Positions 7,712-14,266 of a stretch of 34,908 bases of DNA are shown here, one piece after another. The notes below the pieces were generated by a model. The model made no database searches. It was given only the letters and a program-made list of their open reading frames with translations, and was not told the DNA's origin. The DNA is from a virus (Duplodnaviria > Heunggongvirae > Uroviricota > Caudoviricetes): IMG/VR virus record IMGVR_UViG_3300037851_000345, positions 188,067-222,974 of that record; one strand, written 5' to 3'. Position 1 is the stretch's first letter; every line of letters begins with the position of its first letter. The translations under genes and the position numbers were made by a program.

Positions 7712-8151
7712 TAATTGACAAGTGGGTTGAGGGATATATCGAACGCAAGAAGCAGAAGAAAATAGATAAAACTAGGCTAGAGAATTGGTCTAAACTCTAC
7801 GAGAAACTACACGGCTACACGCCCCATTGTGGGTACTGTGCAAACTTTTCCGATTGTATTAAAAAGTATAAGAAATCAAGTAGGCTTCCAAAAATTAACG
7901 GAGTAACAAGTTGCAGGGAATTTAAAAGCGATGGTAAAGATAGACTCAGAGGCCACGTATCGGGGGTTTCAGGATGGTCGGGATTGTCAGGAGTCTCAGG
8001 TATCTCAGGAGTATCAGGCGTGTCAGCCTACAACAGTAGCGGACAACGGGTTGGAACGTGGCAACCACCTTGGAATCGGGGTGCGCAATCGTGCAACAGA
8101 CTGTGCAACAATTGCTCGTATCACAACGGCACATCTTGCACAAAACCGTAA
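7708..8151 (+). CDS. Paralog-family protein with an inserted Ser-Gly-X repeat
   Basis: WSKLYEKLH...CGYC...SCREFK, then VSGVSGWSGLSGVSGISGVSGVSAY, then CNRLCNNC...C. ATGA overlap at 7708. Confidence 0.75.
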   Translation: MIIDKWVEGYIERKKQKKIDKTRLENWSKLYEKLHGYTPHCGYCANFSDCIKKYKKSSRLPKINGVTSCREFKSDGKDRLRGHVSGVSGWSGLSGVSGISGVSGVSAYNSSGQRVGTWQPPWNRGAQSCNRLCNNCSYHNGTSCTKP

Positions 8152-8175
8152 CGGGGGTCGACCGGGGGTTTGAAA

Positions 8176-8400
8176 ATGTTGCTAGGAATAAAAGTTAAAT
8201 TCAACAAAGACCTGTTCAAGTTGATCGATAAATTATCAGGTGAGCCGATTTGTTGTGCTAGTTGCCGACACTTTTCATCCCCTGCCAAAACGGAGTGCAT
8301 GACCTCTCAGACCTATTATGAGTATAAGAACAGGCACGGGCAAATGCAACTCCTGTGCTTCTGCGAGAATTATACCCCAGACTCAAATGGAAAAAAATAA
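8176..8400 (+). CDS. Small Cys-rich paralog-family protein (divergent)
   Basis: LFKLIDKLS...CCASCRHF...CENY. Confidence 0.65.
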   Translation: MLLGIKVKFNKDLFKLIDKLSGEPICCASCRHFSSPAKTECMTSQTYYEYKNRHGQMQLLCFCENYTPDSNGKK

Positions 8401-8749
8401 TAATATTTCTACCAAAATTAAACTGTACTGTGCCTTGCACGGAAACAATGCCTTTGTGATGTGCAATGATATCACGAAGGAAAGCAATTGTAAAAAGTGT
8501 AGAGCCAAGAACGAAGGCATTTGCAACATCAGGTACAATAACAACAGACAAATTTTGTTCGAAAAGAAAACGGGTAAAATCATAACGATAAATGGGGATG
8601 GTCATCTAGAGAAGAACTGGGCTATTGGGAGGAGATTTATTATAACTGATGGAAAAATCTATAATAATTTTGCTGTGGATCGGAATTGGTTTTGTTTCGG
8701 CTTTCTAGAGAATAAAAATGAAAATAGAAAAACTCGTAAAAAAGTTTGA
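8387..8749 (+). CDS. Small Cys-rich paralog-family protein
   Basis: TKIKLYCALH...CKKC...C; ATG at 8387. Confidence 0.7.
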   Translation: MEKNNNISTKIKLYCALHGNNAFVMCNDITKESNCKKCRAKNEGICNIRYNNNRQILFEKKTGKIITINGDGHLEKNWAIGRRFIITDGKIYNNFAVDRNWFCFGFLENKNENRKTRKKV

Positions 8750-9020
8750 ACTGTATTTGAAATTAAGCGGGGGATTATCTAGGCAAGATGTCAAGGTACA
8801 AGATTGTACACAATGCCTTTTATATGGAGTATGTAAGCCCGAATCTGTTCGGAAGGTCTTCATCAAGATAGAGGAAGAAGATAAATCTATAAAAATTATT
8901 GGTTACGGTCTTGACTTTGGAATAAGGGACTATGTGGAAGATGAAAATGGAAAAGTTACCTTTAGGGTTTTAAAGGCATGCATAGAGTGGCTCGACCCTG
9001 ATCCTAGAATATTCAAATGA
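8718..9020 (+). CDS. Small Cys-rich paralog-family protein
   Basis: KKFELYLKLS...CTQC...CIEWLD. Confidence 0.75.
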   Translation: MKIEKLVKKFELYLKLSGGLSRQDVKVQDCTQCLLYGVCKPESVRKVFIKIEEEDKSIKIIGYGLDFGIRDYVEDENGKVTFRVLKACIEWLDPDPRIFK

Positions 9021-9241
9021 CTAAAAAACTACAGCGCAAGTTCGAATTGTGGCTAGCCCTGCACGGATATAAGGTTTTACCCGAAGAGATTTCTTGTGAT
9101 AAGATTTGTAAATTTGCTTCTACTTGCGAAAAGACAGAGAAAGAGAGAAAACTTTGGAACTATAAATATCAAAATAAAAATGAAGAAAATGAAATTGTAG
9201 ATATAAATACGTGTATCAGGTGGCTTGTTGATGATAAATAA
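9017..9241 (+). CDS. Small Cys-rich paralog-family protein
   Basis: RKFELWLALH...CDKICKF...CIRWLV. Confidence 0.75.
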   Translation: MTKKLQRKFELWLALHGYKVLPEEISCDKICKFASTCEKTEKERKLWNYKYQNKNEENEIVDINTCIRWLVDDK

Positions 9242-9422
9242 AACAACATTGGTACGCAAGGCTGATTTGTGGTTAAAACTACATGGGGTAAAAAAATTTC
9301 CTGAAGGAATGTGTGTCGTTTGTCCTCACAAAAAAAAATGTTGGGAGTCTCACAATGAAAAAGAATTTCTTTTTTACAAAGGAAAATGTATCCGTTGGCT
9401 TGACACCGAAGACAAAATGTGA
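9231..9422 (+). CDS. Small Cys-rich paralog-family protein
   Basis: RKADLWLKLH...CVVCPH...CIRWLD. Confidence 0.75.
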   Translation: MINKTTLVRKADLWLKLHGVKKFPEGMCVVCPHKKKCWESHNEKEFLFYKGKCIRWLDTEDKM

Positions 9423-9428
9423 TATAAT
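9400..9428 (+). promoter_or_regulatory. sigma70/sigmaA-type promoter overprinted on the end of the upstream CDS
   Basis: TTGACA(9400-9405)-N17-TATAAT(9423-9428). The TG of the extended -10 belongs to the TGA stop codon. Confidence 0.85.
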
Positions 9429-9436
9429 ATAAGATA

Positions 9437-9895
9437 ATGAATAAAATAGACAAAATTCACATTTCGATTATGTCGGCTGAAGTATTTAGACAGGTCAGCA
9501 GGGAATATCCTTATGACCACATCGTAATCAGGTACAAGACCCCTAGGGTCAACTACCAGCCAACTGTCCTTTCAAAATTCTGCCGTGGGCAGGTTGAATT
9601 GTTCGTCCACGACTACACGTCGAAGGAATCGATGGGGAACCCGCAGATTATTCTGTTTAGCAAGAACCACGCTAAGAAAATCCTGAGCCTACTTGAAAGG
9701 GAAAAGGATAATGTGTATCACATTATTTGCGTTTGCGACGCTGGTATCAGCCGCAGTTCGGCTACTGCTGCCGCAATCGGGAAAATCCTGTACAACGATG
9801 ATACGTTCGTATTCTACAATCCCCGTTACGTCCCCAATTTACATGTCTACAGCACCATTCTCAGGACGTATTTTGAGGGCAAAAATGGCGTTTAA
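9437..9895 (+). CDS. Protein-tyrosine/dual-specificity phosphatase-like protein (CX5R)
   Basis: Active-site loop IICVCDAGISRSSATA, upstream acid-loop candidate HD, C-terminal PN..VY..L. Confidence 0.8.
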   Translation: MNKIDKIHISIMSAEVFRQVSREYPYDHIVIRYKTPRVNYQPTVLSKFCRGQVELFVHDYTSKESMGNPQIILFSKNHAKKILSLLEREKDNVYHIICVCDAGISRSSATAAAIGKILYNDDTFVFYNPRYVPNLHVYSTILRTYFEGKNGV

Positions 9896-9909
9896 ATGCC
9901 TTTAAATCG

Positions 9910-10230
9910 ATGATACCCATTATAGAGGGCTACGAGCCGAAAAACAAGAGATTGATCCGCCTAGGGCGCAAGGCAAGGCTCCAGATAGTGTTAAATGGGG
10001 CAATCTCACGTCAGATGCTAAGTGAAATCAAAGATGCCGTCAGTTGTAGGAATTGTAAGTATTACAGTAGTGAAGGATTGGTAATAAGTAGATCAGTGTT
10101 GTCCTGTAGAAAAATCGGGGTAAAAACTAAAAAATACATGATGATGATGAATTCGATGACAAAAAACGGTCAGTTCTCCGTCGGCCTACAGATTGCCTAT
10201 TGTGTGCAGTTTAAAGAAAGAAAGGATTGA
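9910..10230 (+). CDS. Small Cys-rich paralog-family protein (divergent)
   Basis: RKARLQIVLN...CRNCKYY...CVQFK. Confidence 0.7.
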   Translation: MIPIIEGYEPKNKRLIRLGRKARLQIVLNGAISRQMLSEIKDAVSCRNCKYYSSEGLVISRSVLSCRKIGVKTKKYMMMMNSMTKNGQFSVGLQIAYCVQFKERKD

Positions 10231-10264
10231 AATTAATATATCCATTTTCAACCTCTACTATTGT

Positions 10265-11248
10265 TTATTGTTTTAGTAAAGTTTGAAAATCGTTTTTGAA
10301 GGTTTTATAGCCAAACCTTTTTGTTATCTCTTTTGAAATAAATTGTGAGATGGGGGTATAATCTTCTTCATCTTTTGCTATAAGGGTAAGATTTTCAATC
10401 AAAGTTTTAATGTTGTTGGTTACGTAGCACATATTACTAGCCCATTCAATCCAACTAGGGTTAAAATCTTTTCCCGAATCATCATTTAGAACAATAGGGA
10501 TAGTTCCGCACATGATGGCCTGTTGAAGCATCATGCAAAAAGTTTCGGAGCCGTGATGCGGGAAAATGATATATTTGTATTGGTTCAGAACCTTTCCAAC
10601 TTCTGCTTGTGGTATTTTTTCTTTCTTTTCCAAATTCTGTGAAGCGGCCAAAGCAAATGCCATGCGATATTTAGATGTAGTGAATTTTTCTAACACTTCA
10701 CCATATATATCAATTTGGGTAGGAATATAATGTGCTAAATTTAAAAAATCGAGATGAACTTTCAAAGGATAAATCCCGCCTATTATGCAAAAAAGATTAG
10801 GTCTAGCCTTCCAAGGTATTTCATTATGAAATATTTTAGGGTCAGAGGGACAGAACTTTAGATTTTCTTTCTGTAATATTTTATTTTGACTAGCATCTAA
10901 GGTATAAATAATGTCTGTTAATCTGAGTAAGTCCATTAATAAAACGTGTTGATTATCAGGTTCATTGGGGGTGATGAAATATTTTTGAGAATGAGAAAAT
11001 AGAATTACTTTAGTATTTGGAAATGCTAATTTATAAAATAGAACGGGAGAAATAATTCTAGAAAAAATCTCGTTTATTACAATAATATCGGGATGTTCTT
11101 CCAATAAACGAGACATTGTTGAGCCTTCTTTTGTTTGGTCTTTATATTCAACCAATTCCACAGGTAGTTCCTGTATCCATTTTTTGATGGTGTCCCCAAC
11201 TGCTTCTATTCCTGAACCGACATTAAGATTAATTAAAAAAACTTTCAT
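10265..11248 (-). CDS. GT-B fold glycosyltransferase (GT4-like)
   Basis: N-terminal K(V)FLI...GSG.E, HPDIIVINE, ILFSH; C-terminal YKYIIFP...ETFCMMLQQAIMCGTIPIV is an E-x7-E-type motif with Gln at the second position. Confidence 0.75.
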   Translation of the reverse strand: MKVFLINLNVGSGIEAVGDTIKKWIQELPVELVEYKDQTKEGSTMSRLLEEHPDIIVINEIFSRIISPVLFYKLAFPNTKVILFSHSQKYFITPNEPDNQHVLLMDLLRLTDIIYTLDASQNKILQKENLKFCPSDPKIFHNEIPWKARPNLFCIIGGIYPLKVHLDFLNLAHYIPTQIDIYGEVLEKFTTSKYRMAFALAASQNLEKKEKIPQAEVGKVLNQYKYIIFPHHGSETFCMMLQQAIMCGTIPIVLNDDSGKDFNPSWIEWASNMCYVTNNIKTLIENLTLIAKDEEDYTPISQFISKEITKRFGYKTFKNDFQTLLKQ

Positions 11249-11282
11249 ATTCGAATCCTTTTTATATTTTTATATCAAGTTA

Positions 11283-11798
11283 TTAAGTAACCGCTGGACA
11301 ATATACGTTATTAACTTCAGTATTATTATTTATATTTTCAAGAGCGTCATCACCAGGATAATGAGAACTGTTATTAATCCATTGAATTGTTATATTATGT
11401 TCTGCTAAATAAGAAGACTCTATTGCATTTTGATGAGTTGCATTATAAGTCGCATCATAACCTACATCGTGATTGTTATAATTTTGGTCATAGTGAGATG
11501 AAAGGTCGCCTGTATAATTTGTTACTTTATAAACAGAATTATGTAATGCTTTTTCTGCTGAGTCATTTGTGGCTTGATAAGTGGTATAATGAGTTGCATT
11601 GTAAGTCCCATTATGTCCTGAATCATCTGCTGAATAATGGGTTGCCCTAACAGTTGAATTATGACTTAGACAAGCCAAATTATCTTTTATCCAATCTACA
11701 TTTGTTTTAAACTCATTAATATCAACTGCTTCAACAATACCACCTGTAGCAATTGTTTCCGTCCAATCCTTACAACCACCTACTTTATTATAGCTCAT
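11283..11798 (-). CDS. His/Asn/Thr-rich tetrapeptide-repeat protein A (candidate radical SAM substrate)
   Basis: Leader-like W..TI..G..VEA...NEFK..VD, then C-x-x-H. All 10 His are in one 4-residue register. Confidence 0.8.
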   Translation of the reverse strand: MSYNKVGGCKDWTETIATGGIVEAVDINEFKTNVDWIKDNLACLSHNSTVRATHYSADDSGHNGTYNATHYTTYQATNDSAEKALHNSVYKVTNYTGDLSSHYDQNYNNHDVGYDATYNATHQNAIESSYLAEHNITIQWINNSSHYPGDDALENINNNTEVNNVYCPAVT

Positions 11799-11807
11799 AT
11801 TATTAAC

Positions 11808-12425
11808 CTAAGCGTCAAGTAAATCTACTGTTTGAACTGATACATTGTGAGAAGTTTGAACTGTCCCATTATCACCAGTATCAAGAGTACTATTGTTGCT
11901 ACTCTGATTAGTATTATCATGGGTTATAAAATAAGCGTCTTGGTGTCCATTATTATTTGAGGTATAATAAGTAATATTATGGGTTCCATGTAAGTCGGTA
12001 TCATGTGATGTATTATTGGTCGCATTATCTGTCGTATTGTGAGAATTTTGAACTGTGGCTTCATGGCTTGCTCTATTTGTTTCCAAATGACTTCCTAAAA
12101 CAGTTTGATTATCTATTTCTCGATAAGTAGTATAATGAGTTACCCGATATGTTATATCGTGAGTTGCTTCAACTGATGTTTCGTGAGTAGTCCGATGAGC
12201 AGAGCAAATATTTGCATCCCATGCTTGGTCTAAAGCGGTTTTTAATTCGGTATATTCAGTTGCCTCAATTTTCGTACCTATATTAATAGTTTTCACCCAT
12301 GAATAATTAGCAAGAGAAACATAACCTCTATCTGTATTAACATTTGCACGTATTTCGGCAATCCTTGCCGCTGTTGGTACATCTATTCCAGCAGTAACGG
12401 GCATTGTTGTCCAAGTGAAACCCAT
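11808..12425 (-). CDS. His/Asn/Thr-rich tetrapeptide-repeat protein B (candidate radical SAM substrate)
   Basis: Two copies of the leader-like motif, then C-x-x-H. 12 of 13 His are in one 4-residue register. AAGGAG RBS. Confidence 0.8.
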   Translation of the reverse strand: MGFTWTTMPVTAGIDVPTAARIAEIRANVNTDRGYVSLANYSWVKTINIGTKIEATEYTELKTALDQAWDANICSAHRTTHETSVEATHDITYRVTHYTTYREIDNQTVLGSHLETNRASHEATVQNSHNTTDNATNNTSHDTDLHGTHNITYYTSNNNGHQDAYFITHDNTNQSSNNSTLDTGDNGTVQTSHNVSVQTVDLLDA

Positions 12426-12443
12426 ATCAAGACTCCTTTATAC

Positions 12444-12450
12444 TATTTAT
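12444..12450 (-). promoter_or_regulatory. Candidate late-promoter motif ATAAATA
   Basis: One of six [A/C]TAAATA sites just upstream of minus-strand starts; overlaps a TAA stop. Confidence 0.35.
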
Positions 12451-12935
12451 TGATTTTGTTTATCAAAAGAAGCCAAATAATGTTTCGAAAGTTGCGTTGG
12501 TTGAAATCCTACGTGGCTTAATTCTTTGATAGTTTTTGATACCATTCTTAGATTTTGAAGTAATTCTACAGTAGTCAAGCGCAAATTCACAAAACGATTA
12601 AGTGTTTGTGTTAACAAACTGAAATCTTCATTTTTATGGATATTATTATTCCAATTATAGATTAGTGTGGAATAAGATTCTATAAATTTTGAACCTTCTT
12701 CAGAAATAACCTGCTCATTCAAAACCGCCAAAAGATATTTCAGACTATCCATAATCAAATTAATACCTGTCGGGGTTAAAGGCGATGGTACTTCATTTTT
12801 TTCACAAACAGAAGCGTCACGTTCAACCATTCCTATTATTTGTACAAATGACTCTTTTCTTTTCCCAAGAAGATAAGTGGCATCTGTATTCCCCAAATAA
12901 CACCTTAACTGTTTAACAAATTCATTCAATCCCAT
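12447..12935 (-). CDS. Helical hypothetical protein, radical SAM operon accessory
   Basis: 162 aa, Leu/Ile-rich amphipathic pattern; start overlaps the radical SAM stop. Confidence 0.65.
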   Translation of the reverse strand: MGLNEFVKQLRCYLGNTDATYLLGKRKESFVQIIGMVERDASVCEKNEVPSPLTPTGINLIMDSLKYLLAVLNEQVISEEGSKFIESYSTLIYNWNNNIHKNEDFSLLTQTLNRFVNLRLTTVELLQNLRMVSKTIKELSHVGFQPTQLSKHYLASFDKQNQ

Positions 12936-14266
12936 TTTATTTCCTCCATGACTCTCAAAACTTTGTTTATTTTATCTTTATTTACTGCACCCAAAATTAT
13001 ATCTAGCATCTCGCTTTCCTGAAAACCATCAAGGATGCCTTTTATTCTGTAAAATTCCATACGGCAAGCCGAAGGAATTGGTACAAACACATCGCCTGTA
13101 TTTTCAAATTGCGCCCCTAAACAACCATGGCTACACATTGAATTTATGACGCATTGTTCACACATTGGGAAATTATCCCCATCACTAGCATTGGTCGCTA
13201 TATGTAATTCGGGACTTATCGCTTCTATATCAACAATCTTATCATCTTTGGTTAGGAACTTAAACATCTTAAAATAATCATACATCAAACGATGACAAGG
13301 GAATGCAGTTAAATCCCCCATTCGTAAATAGATACCTGATTGTAATGAGCATCCTAACCCCCTGCCTGTCGTTGAAAATGGGCTTGATAGAGTATTAAAA
13401 GCCCAATGATTATGAAATAATTGATGAATAGGATTATCCATTTTTTTCAAACGTTCTCCTACCCAACTTGCTAATTTACGCATAAATTCATAAAGATGTT
13501 TTGATTGCTCTTCTGTCCATTCAGCATTTCGTACTTCAAGCAAATAAAGACTAGTGGGTGGGAATCCATATTCTTTAAATTTCTCTTGAAACCACATAAA
13601 ATTATCCCACCATTTTTCGATGTTGTTTGAGTAAATCATCGGATGGAAGCCTATTCTATATTTCTTATTAAACTTAAAAAGTTTATCGTAGAATACTTTA
13701 TCCCGTACTCTATCACTACGAAACGACCTGTTATCTTCCATAAAAATTCCATCAACAGATGCACTTATAATTAACGGGCAGTCTATCTTTTTTCCCCTTT
13801 CTATAAAATCTTCAACAAGTCTAGTTCTATTTTCGCTGAATAAGAAATTCATATTTGTTGGCACTACAATCTCTGTATAAATAGGTTGTCCCATTTCGGC
13901 TCTTTTGAGGGCTTCATCAACAATATCAAATCCTACATTTTGATTGAAGGCATCACCCCCGAATAATTCTAGTTTTGGCCGCATCTGGTTTTCCCACAAC
14001 CAATCCATTACAATATTTGCATTTTTAAATACCGTGGCAGGATTTTTCAATTCAGGCTTGGGATAATATTTATCACCAAATTTAACAACATAACAATAGG
14101 AACATTTTAATTCACAAGCGTCAGAAAGGTCAAATTCAAACCCCCGATAGTTGTTTAAGGCATATCCTTTATCTGTTTTAGCCTTCTTCCAATTTCTCCA
14201 AGAATTGAAAAAGGTGCGGTCTAAAAAGTTTTTTAAAAGTTCATTATTTTGCTCTTGAAAATTCAT
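12926..14266 (-). CDS. Radical SAM/SPASM-domain protein
   Basis: CELKCSYC, LFGGDA, PTN, ISASVDG; SPASM C-x17-CH...C-x2-C-x5-C-x3-C-x18-C. Confidence 0.92.
   Translation of the reverse strand: MNFQEQNNELLKNFLDRTFFNSWRNWKKAKTDKGYALNNYRGFEFDLSDACELKCSYCYVVKFGDKYYPKPELKNPATVFKNANIVMDWLWENQMRPKLELFGGDAFNQNVGFDIVDEALKRAEMGQPIYTEIVVPTNMNFLFSENRTRLVEDFIERGKKIDCPLIISASVDGIFMEDNRSFRSDRVRDKVFYDKLFKFNKKYRIGFHPMIYSNNIEKWWDNFMWFQEKFKEYGFPPTSLYLLEVRNAEWTEEQSKHLYEFMRKLASWVGERLKKMDNPIHQLFHNHWAFNTLSSPFSTTGRGLGCSLQSGIYLRMGDLTAFPCHRLMYDYFKMFKFLTKDDKIVDIEAISPELHIATNASDGDNFPMCEQCVINSMCSHGCLGAQFENTGDVFVPIPSACRMEFYRIKGILDGFQESEMLDIILGAVNKDKINKVLRVMEEIKWD

Noticed and set aside
3598-10230. Alternative genetic code (stop-codon reassignment) as an explanation for the short ORFs and in-frame stops
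   Set aside because: TAA, TAG and TGA are used interchangeably at the homologous terminal position of the paralogs, and all long genes are open in the standard code.
10231-10264. Bidirectional terminator at the convergence point
   Set aside because: No GC-rich stem-loop visible in the 34-bp gap.
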